This document shows, in pieces, positions 48,069-60,230 of a stretch of 64,000 nt of DNA. The position numbers and the translations under genes were made by a program. Under the pieces are notes generated by a model. That model was not told the origin of the DNA, ran no database searches, and worked only from the letters and a program-made list of their open reading frames with translations. Position 1 is the first letter of the stretch, and each line of letters starts with the position of its first letter. Origin of the DNA: Eutreptiella sp. 'Long Island Sound 2002' (lineage: Eukaryota; Protista; Euglenida); contig OZ038378.1 of the NCBI GenBank assembly GCA_964036045.1, positions 20,832,001 to 20,896,000 on the forward strand, written 5' to 3'.

Positions 48069-48953
48069 TATGCCCAGCCACAGGGGGTCCCTGCGCGCAG
48101 CAATGCTGACGAGCGCGCGCATCGGGCGCACACCAAAAGGGGATGCCTGTGAGGCCGCGTTGCCCTGTCAGAACAACAGGCCATGGTAGCAGGGTACTCC
48201 ACCCTTTGACCGTGACCACGTCAGGGCACTGCTGAAGGAAGTGGAGGCAAACACCATGAACAACACCCCACGGCGAATTTGATGTGGCAAAGCCTTGTTT
48301 TCTGGCCCCCCATTGCCTAACTTGTCCTGTAAAGTGCTCCACGACCGTCTCCCTTAACCACAACCCAACAACGCAACCATAGATGTCACACCACCTTTGA
48401 GCCCCTCTTCCACAGATGGGAATAGCAGGGGGTTCCATTCCTCACGCCGGGGGTTTCCCTCCTCAAAGAGGGGGGGGGGTTCCCTCCTGCCTCCAGAGCA
48501 GCCCCCCAGCCACAATGCCGATAACGAATTATGATGACGATTACGATGATGATCAGGATACCAGTCCGCCGCAACACCGGGAGCAGCAACCACCATACTG
48601 CCACCCAAAGCAAACCTTGGTCCAACGGTTGACATTGGTTGGAGGACTACCGAGTCAAGAAACCAGGAAACCTGCCCTCATGTGGGGAGCAGCGAAAGCA
48701 GCCCAGACCTCATCAGGCAATTTCTCCTGCCAAGGCCATGATATCAGGTGGCATCCAGTCTCATCCTGACACAAATGTGGTCGCAGTCACGACGAAATCA
48801 CAAACATCTGCCATTCAACCAGGCTGGCTGCGCGCTTGGCAGATGCATGCTGGGGTAGTGATGGGGGTGAAATCACAAAGGTTGACACAAATGCTGCATT
48901 TTGCGGAGGGAACCCTCCAAAATAGAGGATATGGGCTGATCTGCCATGAGCTG

Positions 48954-49110
48954 CGTACTGTACTGTACTGTACTGTACTGTACTGTACTGTACTGTACTG
49001 TACTGTACTGTACTGTACTGTACTGTGCTGTACCGTACTGTACTGTGCTGTGCTATACGGACTGTGCTATATGGCACTGTACTGCGCTGTACTGTGCTGT
49101 GCAGTACTGT
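48954..49110. repeat. (TACTG)n pentanucleotide microsatellite
   Basis: About 14 pure units followed by degenerate units. Confidence 0.97.
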
Positions 49111-49965
49111 AGAGCATAGGACATCATGTGCATTTTGTGCATCTTGTGCCTCTACATGCCTCACGGGCAGCCAGCCTTTGGTGGGAGTGCCTAGTCCGCA
49201 AACCTACAACCTACCTTTGACGCTACCCCATGGCTCAACTCTAACTCAACACCTCTACCTCTCACCTTTCCCAGTCGCTTGCTTGGCGTGTTTCTGTCCT
49301 AGATGGCCCACATGCGCATCTAGCTGCGTGCCCCACACCGCCTCGTGCCCACCTAGCATGGCCTTTGGTCTAACCCCACCACCTTCCACAGACCTTGGGG
49401 GCAACAATTATGACTTGTGCAACCAGCTGCCAAGGGTTGGCAACTTCCTTTTTGCAATCCGAAAAAATGTTTGTTGGGTCCAAACTTACAGTGAAGCATA
49501 CCACATGGAGCGATCTGGCGTGCACCGTAAAGTGGTGTCAGCCAACTTCGCTTGCAGTAAAAGGTGATGGACAGACAGCACAAAAATAGTGCCCCCCTGC
49601 GACCTACGACAATATTATCTGCCCCAATATGTGTCGGGTGAGCTGTCCCCCAGAGTCCAGCTTGGGATTCTTGGGGAGGGGCTCTGCTTGTGGTTCAGTA
49701 AGGACCACATTAATAGGATAATTCCAGTCGGGAGAGCGGCAGCGCCACAATTCCGAAGTGATTTGGCACGGCCCCTCCCACTACGAAAAAAAAGGATGGT
49801 CATATGCAATGGGCTGGCTATCCTTCGCAAGATCTTGGCCATACACCTCTTGGTCCTCAACCCCTGCTCAACAGCATCCCCGTAGACCAAAAATGCTCTG
49901 CCAAAGAGATGGCTGGTAAATACCAATTTAAGGCGTGAGCAGGGGCATGAAAACTGCACAAAGAG

Positions 49966-50600
49966 TTGATCCCATACTACCCACCAAGCAGGGTGTTGCC
50001 CCAATGGCTGACACGATTCAAGACACCACTCCAGGAGCCATGCATGTCTGCTAGAGCCTTATGGCTGCAAACAGGGCACCACGTACACGTAATTTTGGAA
50101 GAGGAATTCAGGGCCTTCCTACGCAGTACAAACACAAGACCCAACTGAATGGGCCGCCCAGGCAGAGGGAAACCATGACTGGGCTGCATTCGCTTGGCTT
50201 CAGAGAAAACAGACCAGGCGACCAAGCCCAACACTCCAAGATAAAAACTTGGTGAGGCAATGCACATGCAGCAAAACTTCTGCAGCTGGCTTGAAGAGAC
50301 AAATACCGCCTTATATCCCCCCCCCCTGATGACGCAGAAAGAAATAAAATTACGCATGCAGGATTTTATTGAACACGGTACAAATAAAATCACACACGAG
50401 TCTCTCCAGGTCAAATGCTACAAAATGCAACCAATCCTCAAAGGTGAAGGCAAAAGAAACACAGAGAGACGCTGCATTATGAGTTCACCAATTCTCTACC
50501 TCCTGCCTAAGAAACCTGCGATGGACCCAGAGTATTGCCAAAGGGAGCTCAAAGTATCCCTAGTACAACGACTCAGAGCCCATGCACACTGTCTCCGTGG
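49966..50600 (+). pseudogene. Decayed ORF, possibly the N-terminal RT region of a Penelope-like element
   Basis: ORFs 49966-50148 and 50260-50853 share a frame, separated by 3 stops. SPILYLLPKKP resembles the Penelope PxLYxLPK motif. No downstream RT motifs were found. Confidence 0.35.
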
Positions 50601-51063
50601 CGTCCACTCTCCTCCCGGCGCCAGCAGGCCTTGTTTGCCACCAAACCCAAAGCCGCGAGGCTTGGAGGGTGCTCAGATGTGGGTTACGGAACACAAAGCC
50701 AGGGGTTGGGGTTCACCAGGTGTTGCCCATCACTGGCGCTGCATGGAGTCTCCTGGCCATTGCCCATGGTGGTCTGCTCGTGGCGGTGCCACTTGCACTG
50801 CTGCCTGCTGCGATCCCTCGAGCGAGGGGTTCCCTGGCATGGCGGTTGGCTGATGGAGTGGGATGGTTGGATTTGTGCCTGGTAATCGGTCGTCGGCTCG
50901 CTCGTTCAATTGCCCTCTTCCTCTCCCTCCCTCCTTCCACAACTGCAACCCCCTCCCTCCCTCCGTGCCTCCCTCTCTCCCTCCCTACATCATTCACACT
51001 CCCTCACACTCATGCACTCATACACTCATCCTGCACTTAATTGCTGAAGCCGCATGGGCATAC

Positions 51064-51152
51064 CTCACGCAACATCCAGATGCCAGAGACAATTTGCCTC
51101 TGTTGACGCCGCAGAGCTGCACGACTGACGCTTTGCATGGATATCAGACGCC
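51064..51152 (-). CDS. Exon of host gene
   Basis: tttttcag|(G)RLISMQSVSRAALRRQQRQIVSGIWMLRE|gtatgc; ends in phase 0, compatible with the 47420 exon. Confidence 0.7.
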
Positions 51153-51599
51153 CTGAAAAATCGGATCCAGAAGGCAGTAAAGCCAAGCGGCCTTGCCCTA
51201 CACTCCAGGAAGGTAATGTGCTGCGACGTTGCGGATGTGGCGCTCAAATAAGCAAAGAAGCCGCTGACAATCGCAATGCCCCCCCACCCCCTTTACACTC
51301 ACTGACAACTGCAATCCTGCAGAAACACTACTCTGAGCTGTACAGCAGCGAAAAAGCGGAATGCAAAACTATCTCAAACAAGAGCATGCATACAGTCTGC
51401 AAAACATGTCAATAAAATCGCTATTGCTACAAATTTATTTCCAAAGTGGATCAACCGCCGTTTGAAAGTATCGTACAAACGAAACAAACGGATGCTTAAA
51501 AATTGCTGCATGTGCATGCATGTCCCACAGAACAAAACACACATGCAATGCAGTGCACATCATCATTACGTGTGGTCTCATGTGTCAGTGAAGCGTACT

Positions 51600-52160
51600 G
51601 CGCTATTTGGTGTAGTAGTTAGGACTGCAGTGTAGTGTAGGTGTGGTGCATTGCAGTGCAGTGTGGTGTGGCGTAGTGTAGTGTAGTGTAGTGTAGTGTA
51701 GTGTAGTGTAGTGCGGTGTGGCGTAATGGAGTGGAGTGGAGCGCAGTGGGGTGCGATGCAGTGCAGTGCAGTGCTGTGCAGTGCTGTGCAGTGTTGGTGT
51801 TGGTATAGTGTAGTGTAGTGTAGTGTAGTGTAGTGTAGTGTAGTGTAGTGTAGTGTAGTGTAGTGTAGTGTAGTGTAGTGTAGTGTAGTGTAGTGTAGTG
51901 TAGTGTAGTGTAGTGTAGCGTAGCGTAGCGTAGTGTAGTGTAGTGTAGTGTAGTGTAGTGTAGTGTAGTGTAGTGTAGTGTAGTGTAGTGTAGTGTAGTG
52001 TAGTGTAGTGTAGTGTAGTGTAGTGTAGTGTAGTGTAGTGTAGTGTAGTGTAGTGTGGTGTAGTGGTGGGTATCGGAGTGAATAGTGCAACGTGATACAG
52101 TGTAGTGTCATGTGGTGCGGTGTTGTATCCTGTGGTTTGGTGTGATGTGGTGTGACGCGG
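51600..52160. repeat. (TAGTG)n pentanucleotide microsatellite with degenerate flanks
   Basis: About 50 mostly pure TAGTG units at 51805-52055, plus a shorter block at 51675-51710. Confidence 0.97.
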
Positions 52161-52639
52161 TGTGGAGGCAAACCAAGCATGTTGGGTCTGCGAACACATC
52201 CCCACGACGAGCCCTTGACCCCGTAGATGGTTTGGTGAAAGCGCGTACAGATCAGCGCGTCACAGTGCATACCTTTGTAGGGACCTTCAGCGTTTTCGAT
52301 GCCGGATTCCGGATGAGTGGGGCTGAGCAAAGAAATTCATAAAAGGCAACCACTCACACTCGTTGTCATCTCCACACCCATGTCCCGTCCCCAGTGGAAG
52401 CTCCCAACTGGATCCGACCACGATCCATCCCCCAACACACCCCGTTGACCTGTTCCCTAACCTACGTCCACTCTAACAATAACCTCAAACCGACACCCAC
52501 CACATCCACCCTACCCATACCCCCCCCACCCCCACTTACAGTCCTCCCGCGGGACTCATGAGCCTGAGATGACGTCTTTGGCCAAAGTGGGGCGGTCTAT
52601 AAGCGGGGCGAGGGGGGGGGGGGGGTTGGCACAAGGCCT

Positions 52640-54400
52640 TGGTATCTGATTGTTTGCCTTTGGCGGCGCCTATCTGCCTCTCGCCACTGCTCATTCTGAC
52701 CCTCTGTGGGCCCGAACGTGTGGGCGAATGGGCGGCGGAGCTCCGGGTGTGCTGCCAGCCCCCGGATGCGCTGCCGAGCGACACCAGTTTGCACCTCCTC
52801 TTGGTGGCCCTTCTGGGTGTGCAGGTGCAAGTCAATGCACCTCTGCACGCCCGGCTGTGGGATGACCACCAACATGTGCTCCTGGACCAGCCACAGGGCG
52901 CGGGGGTACGGACGCCCACCATCGTCTGGCTGTCCGGGCAGCCAACGGCGGCGTACTAGCAGTGGGCGCAGACGTCGCCTGCCCCCTTGGTTACCGTGAG
53001 CACAGTGGTGCCGCCGTGGCCGTGGATAGCCATTGCTCCAGCCGTGGTGGCAAAGTTCAAGTACCTTGCGGAGTGCGTGGCGCACAAGTGCCCCGGGCAC
53101 CCGTACAAGGGGGCCCTGTATTACTCGCTCAGCACGGTGGGTACGTTGCCGGCCAAGCTCCACCCGGCCCTGAAAACCCACCTCCGCAAGCACCATGGGG
53201 ACTTGGCCCTCCTGGCATCTCACGGCCTGGCCACCGACTCCCCCCCCCCCAGGTGCTGGCCCCGAATGCCGAGCCAGGCATCTGGTTCCATGACCTGCTT
53301 GTGCTGGCAACCCTCCGCGGAACTATAGCCGTGGTGGATGCTGGGACGACGCTGGCGGGCATGGCTATGGCAGGGGTCACCGAGAGTGGGCATGAGGCCT
53401 ACCGGGCCCACGTAGCCGGAGTGTCCCAAGAAGGGGAGGCCATGATCCCCTTGTCTTATGTCAAGAGGTTGGCCGAGCAGCCGGGAGTGTACTAGCTGAT
53501 GCCAGACTCAGAAGTGGCGGTGGGGGCCCTCCGTACTTACCAAGAGGGGGGCCATTGTGGGGATGGCATACACCACTTGTATGCCACAGTCCTAGGGGGC
53601 TGCCGCCTCTCCCCAGCCTCGGCCATCAATGTGGTCACCATGCCGTAGCACTGGATCACGGACCTCAACGCCCGCGTTGATGCGGCGACGCAGGAGCCAC
53701 CAGAGGTGGACGTGGTTTCTCCGCCGCCCCTTCTCCTTTCTCCCCCCGGTGGCCTACCGGGACCAGTGTCAGCTTTCCCCCATAGCGCTGGGCGACTAGT
53801 TGCGGCATCAAGCCTCCATTCCGGCACGGGTCGGATATTACGCTCGTTGGGGGGCGAACTACGTGCTGGGAAGTGGCCTCCCCCTCGACTGGTTCGACAC
53901 TGACTAGCAGCGTCATATATCGGCGCACTGTATGGACGACATCCCGACAATGACTGTCCTGGCGCACCGGTCATCCCACCGAAACACGGTGCAGGACACC
54001 ACATGCCTCCTTTGTGGGGCACAGCCAGAAACGGCGCCCCACCTTTGGGCCTGCTCGGCCTAGTCCCACGAGTGCGGGCCAGCTCGCCGGCGAATCGCGG
54101 AGTGACTTGACTAGAAGGTGGGGAGTCGGGCCGTGTTGGTGCGCAACCAGCTATGGGAGCCGGCTGTTCTGGAATAGTGGGCGGTAGCGTTGCGCACCCC
54201 CTCCATGCAGCGGGCCGACATGGAGTGCTCTGGGCCCCACACACTGGGAACTGAGGTCATACGCCACATCATCGAGGAGTCCATCAGAGTCTGGTACGCC
54301 CACGCCAAGGTGCGTGCCACGTTGCTGAAGGCCCGCTTGGGCCCGAACAGCACAATGGCGTGGATGTTGCAGGAGCTGCACCTGCACTAGCAGGTGGAGA
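52640..54400 (+). mobile_element. 5'-truncated, decayed non-LTR retrotransposon (RNase H plus C-terminal Cys/His knuckle)
   Basis: Motifs VVDAG...SQEGE...PDSEVAVGAL...HWITDLNARVDAA match RNase H D/E/D/D. CLLCGAQPETAPHLWAC is a CxxC..ET..H..C motif. Several stops and frameshifts. Confidence 0.8.
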
Positions 54401-54839
54401 GAGAGGGAGTGAAGCGGGAGCTTCTAAACTGATAGCAGTCGTTTGTTGGGGGACCTCCAGGTCTCCCCTACTCCCCTCTTTCCGCCAATATTCCACACAC
54501 TGACACACAACGCGCGCGCTATACACACAGCCCTCCCATTTATATGTACCCGTGGGTAGACATCCCAGCCATTGCCTTTTGGTAACAGCGCCTTAGGTAC
54601 ACCATACCACACCACACCATACCACACCACACCACACTATACTACACCATACTACACTGCAACACACTACACTGGACGACACCACTACACGAGCCGACAC
54701 TCCCTGTGATGTCCCATCCCTGGTCTCCCATGACCTTACATCCCTCGGCTTCTTCCGTTGTGGTGTGCCTTGTTGTGTGCGACCCGATCAATGCAACCAA
54801 CAGCCGGTGTACGGGACACAGGCACGGCACAGTACATAC

Positions 54840-55000
54840 CATGGGCGGCTTGGGCAGTGGACAATGGCAACCTCAATCGATCTGAGGACACATTGACCAT
54901 GGATGAGCAGCAGCGTCGCACTTGGACAAAGGGTGGGTGCACAGACCCCATACCAGATCAATGGGCCAAGCACCTTTTGTCTGAGGGGTCGCATACTACT
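54840..55000 (-). CDS. Probable exon of host gene
   Basis: RPLRQKVLGPLIWYGVCAPTLCPSATLLLIHGQCVLRSIEVAIVHCPSRP followed by the donor gtatgt; the 5' boundary is approximate. Confidence 0.5.
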
Positions 55001-56474
55001 ACCCTCTTCGTCCTCATGATCCAGCGCTGGTTCCCCTCCTATCATGTTTTGGGGGGCAATGGGTGAGGCCCCAGGGCTGCAGTCCCCAATTATGTGCTCA
55101 TTTGAAATTGCTCATTGTCAGGCAACTGAATGTGGAGGTGTGTGTGTGTGTGCGTGTGCCCCTTTTCCAGACCTCCACTCTGCCCATTGGGCGCAGGCAC
55201 TGTGGGCTGTTTGCCAAGAGAGCCCTCATCAACCCCCCCCCCCAAAAAAAACACCCCAGGAGGGGCCAGTCCAGTAGTGCCCTCCAGGCCCCCAGGACCA
55301 AAGGGGCTAAGGGGCTGTAGCGCCGGGGGCCATCCGTGGCAGGTGCCCAGGGCGGGGAAGCGCTCTGTGCGCCCTGGAACCCCTCCAACTGCCGCAGGTG
55401 CACCCAGGCCATGGGAGTGCGGGACCCAGCCCTCAAGGCAGCGCCACGTGTGCCCCCCCCCCCCGCCTGTCGTGCCATGCACTGCTGCTGCCTCCCCTGC
55501 AACGGCCTGGCGGCATGTTCCTGTGACCTGGAGGCTGCAATGCCCTGCCCCCCCCCCCATCCCCCCGGTCCCTCCCACATGCCGCCCCCCACCTGCCACA
55601 AGAGCCGGCACGGACATGACCAGAATGGCCACTCCACGGATGCCCCACTCAGAACTGGTGCCCCGGGCGTGTGGGCCAGGCACTGCGAGGCCGTGACACC
55701 TGTCATGCCTGGAGGCACCAGAGCACTGACATCCCCGGGGGACCAGGACCCGATGGTACCCGGCACAAGTGGTCCCCCCTCCCAAACCGGACGACGGTGT
55801 CTCCCACTCACCGGCGATCCGGGCGGTTGCCACTGGTCCGCTCGGCCTTGGAGCCGGACGGATTGTTCGGCCTCGTGGTCGGGCAGGTAAGGACGCCCTC
55901 CTCCGAGACCCGGCCCCTGCGTGAGGCCCTGTCCCCACCCAACCAACCCCCCGGCCATCCCCCCCTCTGGACAGGGAACGCGTGGGCTAGCGCTTCAACA
56001 CCGTTTTCGTCAAAACATTGTCAAGCAATTTCTTTTCAAAATAGTCCAAAGCGTCATTCCAAAGCGTCACCTCTTTCCCCTGATACCACCGGCAGAACTA
56101 CCTCCCCATGCAGCGGTGGGGGGTCACCTTCCCCAGTTACACACGCCCCATCCAACAATCCTCCGACAATCAACAAGGGCCCCACAATGATCCCCGGCAA
56201 AGCGATCGCCGGGTCAGACACCCAGGGGGCGGCCTGACCGTGGCTGGGCTTTGCGGCTCGGGAACAATTTCAACCCAAAATTTGCACCTGCGGGCAGTAC
56301 TGTGGTCCCCTGAGGAGGGCACTTGGGCGGGGCTGGGGTGAGGGAGTGTTTTCTCTCTCTTTGCTGGTACCTTGCAATGGCGGAGTGGGGGCTATGTCGC
56401 TGTGGCGTGGCCCCGTTATCGGGGGCGGGGGGGCTTGAAGGGCGGAGGGCACGCAGCATAACCCCCCCCCCCCA

Positions 56475-56520
<46 letters not shown>

Positions 56521-59042
56521 ACAGCGCCAATATTGAGCACGAATTTCTGGAACCCCGCAGAGCCGGGGGCGGGGGGTGGGGGTCGCGTACGGCAATCGGG
56601 CCTCCCCCAGTCCCTCTGTGTACTTAGGAAAACGTACCATGGGCTGTGTTGCACAAGTGTTTCCGTGTGCAGGATGCATGGTACTGCACGTACGTGCATG
56701 CAGGGTACAGTCGGTAAGATATGTCGGAAGATGTGCCACGGCGACATGTTCCGATGACTGAGGACCACGGAAGCAAAACTGCCATTTTTGGTCAAAATCC
56801 CCCCCCCCCCCCCATAGAACCAGCCCCACAGGGCAAACTAGGTGCGGATCACATGCCTCCAGATCCAAATGACAGCGGGCCACTGGGTAAACGGCAGCCT
56901 ATGCCACACCACACACGAAGTCTGAGCCCTGGGCATACCCCTCGTCCGCAGGCCCCGCGCACCACAAGCGCACGGAGCCTTGCGGGGCGCCCACTGTGCA
57001 GAACGTCATGTGGGTGACAGGGAACCCCAGCCGGCAATCTCTGAGGCAGTGCGGAACGGCAGCGTTGACTTGAAAAATACAAACATCCGTTCCAGAACTC
57101 TGCCGAACAGACGGAACAGTGCACAGGGCTGCACAGCGGCGGGCATTGCACACAGCTGAAGGGGGAGCAAAGGGTGTTTGGGGCACGGAGGCCCTAAGCG
57201 CCAGCCCAGCCCTCACCACCCCCGACCGCATCCGTAGGGCAGGCATTCTTTGGGCCGGGAGGTCGTTCTGAACCCCCGCACCTTGGGTGGGTGGGTGTGG
57301 GGGGGGGGGGGGGGCTGAGTGCCAAGTGTACCTTGAGGCCGAGCGGTGTTTTGGTAAAACATTGGTCCGCAGGGGGCAAGCGAATTCAATCCGAGAGCGG
57401 GAGCACTGCAGCGTCATGGGGCAGCGGGCACTCAGTCTTCTTGGAGTCCGGTGCAACCATGCATTACAAGAGAGGAGGGCGGCGGGACGGAGTTTTGGGT
57501 TGTTTTTTGGGGCGGGTGCTCAACGCCCCCCACCCCAACCCCCGACCCCCCTCATATGGTTGTCAAGGGTTCCGGATGCTTGATGTTAGGTCCTGGTGGC
57601 TTCTGGATTGTTGCTGGCCGTTCCTGGGGCCCGGGTCTAAAGAAAGCTATCAAACCTGGGGTTGCAGTCTTTCCGTTGCCTGTCACCCGCTAGGTCCCCA
57701 CGTCTGCACACTGTTCAAGTCGCCATCACGACATTTCCAATCGCTTATCACTTCAGACTCAACATCGATCATCCATCAGCCTAACTACCCCTTCCAGAGC
57801 ACATTTCCAACTGCCGCAGCCGCCCCACCCGCTGTCATACCCATCACTGGAGCTGCGCGATGCACCTTCTTGATATCCTTAGTCCCTTCAAAAACCGGCA
57901 CCACTTCTCACCCTGTCTGCCGGCCTCGCTTTGGGCCCTCCCCTGCGCATACCGCAGCACAGAGGTGGAGATCACCAAACTCACACAGACGACCGACGGC
58001 GTTCGGCAGCTTCAGGGCCTTCCATTCCGGACTGTCCCCAAATACGGGCCATGCGTGAGATGCGTCAGACAGGGGTATGGCCAGCACATGGCCCCTCGCG
58101 GTGCCTGTGCAGAGGGGTGGACACATGGGCATGGGCATGGGCCGACTTTTAGTTGGGAGGAGATGCCATCCCAACAACCCACTGACCTACAGATGGGCAA
58201 GTGATGATGTCGCATCGTGATCAGGTCGTGGCATCCAAGACGCATAGCACAGACATGACAATATGCATACGACACACACTGAACCCACCAGCAACATCCA
58301 TGTACAGATATGAAGCATGCACACGTTGTGCACGCGTAGAACACGTGCATGCATGCACATGCGCACACGCACAATGCGCCTAAAACATCTGATGCACAGG
58401 AAATGCACAAAAAACACACACCACCCATAACACGCTGACCACACACACAAGACGCACACAACACACAGCATACAACCCGCTCAGGATGCCATACCAACCA
58501 CCAGGAGGCGCTCCCATGGAAGGTACTGAAGGGCAGTCGGGGCTTCTGGCAAATCGATGGCCTTGATGTCCGCAGCCCACACCGACGGGTGCACAAAGCT
58601 GAGTCTGTTAGGGTGGCTCTGCCCCATGACAATGACATCCATGTCTTGGGATGGATCTGCAGGTGCCTACAGACCGACGAATGCATCTCCGACATCTCGC
58701 AGGCACGTCAATCGACAGGAAACACAGTAACCCCCCCCCCCTCGCACTCAAAGTCAGAAAAACAACAGTCAGACGGGGTCCCCGTGCTTAGCCATAATCC
58801 GACGATGGTCATCACCCTCCGGCATGACACCAGCGGCATCTCAGTTCTCTTGTTCGGCAAACGCGGCAAAGCCGCGGCCATGACTTGTCCAAACACAGCG
58901 GAGCTGCGCGCACAGTTCCAATACTGGCAGCGGAGTCGCCGACACGTGTGCGTGCACTTCCCGTGCATCTGCCCTTTTGCCCTGTTTGGTTGGGTCAAAT
59001 CGCCTTTTGGCATTCAAGATTCTTGATTAGCCCAAACCCTGC

Positions 59043-59318
59043 ATGCGCCTCGTACGCTCCCTCTGTCCATCACTCACATCCGTGCTAACGTTGGACCCCC
59101 CCGTGCTACAGTCTGTGGTCCACTCTGAGACCGACGACACTTTTGCCATGCTCGACGCCATGCTAGAGACACCGCTGGATGTCAGCACCCCCCCCACACT
59201 AGATCTCTGCCCCGTACCCAGAGTCCCACTGGACGCCCGAGAACTTGCTGATGAGGAGACATCGGAGCGCATTGGACACAGCCCACCGGTGACAGTTCCT
59301 CTGCAGGCCTTTGCTTAG
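59043..59318 (+). CDS. Acidic coding-like segment of unknown function
   Basis: Strong GNN codon bias (ETDDTFAMLDAMLETPLDVSTPPTLDL...ELADEETSER). It is opposite in strand to the host exons, so possibly element-derived. Confidence 0.35.
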   Translation: MRLVRSLCPSLTSVLTLDPPVLQSVVHSETDDTFAMLDAMLETPLDVSTPPTLDLCPVPRVPLDARELADEETSERIGHSPPVTVPLQAFA

Positions 59319-59907
59319 TGATACTGGGGGGGGGGGGAATTGGCCCTCCCGGGATTTTGGCTGGCCCACCCACCCACTCTCAGACCCACCCACCCACCTG
59401 CCGGATACCCTGAGGGGGGGGTCACAGAGCAATTTTGGATGAAACAAATTCAAGTTGACCACTCCATAGCAGGTGACTGTAGTATATGAAACGGGGTTTG
59501 AACCCAAGCCGTAATTATGCGAGACCTCTGCTATAACCACTGGGTCACTGACACTCCCTGGCAGGTTTAGCTCAAGGACCATTTACAAACTGAAGTGAAA
59601 ATTTTTTTGTTGATGAACAAACAAATTCTGCCACAAAAACAGCACCCCCATGTGTCAGAATGTGCCTTGGCCCATGAACAACATTGGCGGTCTACCAAGC
59701 TCAGCAACTCACCCACCCACCCAACAAACCAGACACCCCCCCCCTGGGGGGGTATGTGCATTTTTCCCAAGATCGGGGAAACCCCACACAAATCCACCCA
59801 CCCAGCCTCAGACCCACCCACTCACCCCCCCCCGGTACAGTATCAACCAGCCACTAAGCAAAGGTCTGTTCCTCTGACCGCCGTTTTTTTTTATTGTTGG
59901 GGTGTCT

Positions 59908-60230
59908 CTATCTGCCTGACTCAGCCAAAGCGTCCGCTTCGTCATATCCTCGTACTTTCATGTGCAAGGGCGTCCAAACAAACTGCAGCAACGGCCTTGC
60001 CTCCCGCCTCAGTGAAAAAACTGCTTCCCACAACTCTCTTTGGCCAATTTCCTTCGATTTTACTCTCCAACCATGCCGATGCCACATGATGGACCACTCC
60101 GTTATCCCATTAAATACATACTCCGAGTCCAACACTACCACCCTTCTCTGACCTGCCCTCCGTTGCTCTAACGCACACACAACCCCCCTCAACGACCCTC
60201 AGCTCACACTGGGTCCCCGTGCTTAGACAA
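59908..60230 (-). pseudogene. RNase H fragment of a non-LTR retrotransposon
   Basis: QCELR/GVVCALEQ...VVLDSEYVFNGITEW..W.RHGWR...ELW...FVWTPLHMKVRGYDEADALAESG is a canonical RNase HI motif set. Confidence 0.88.
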
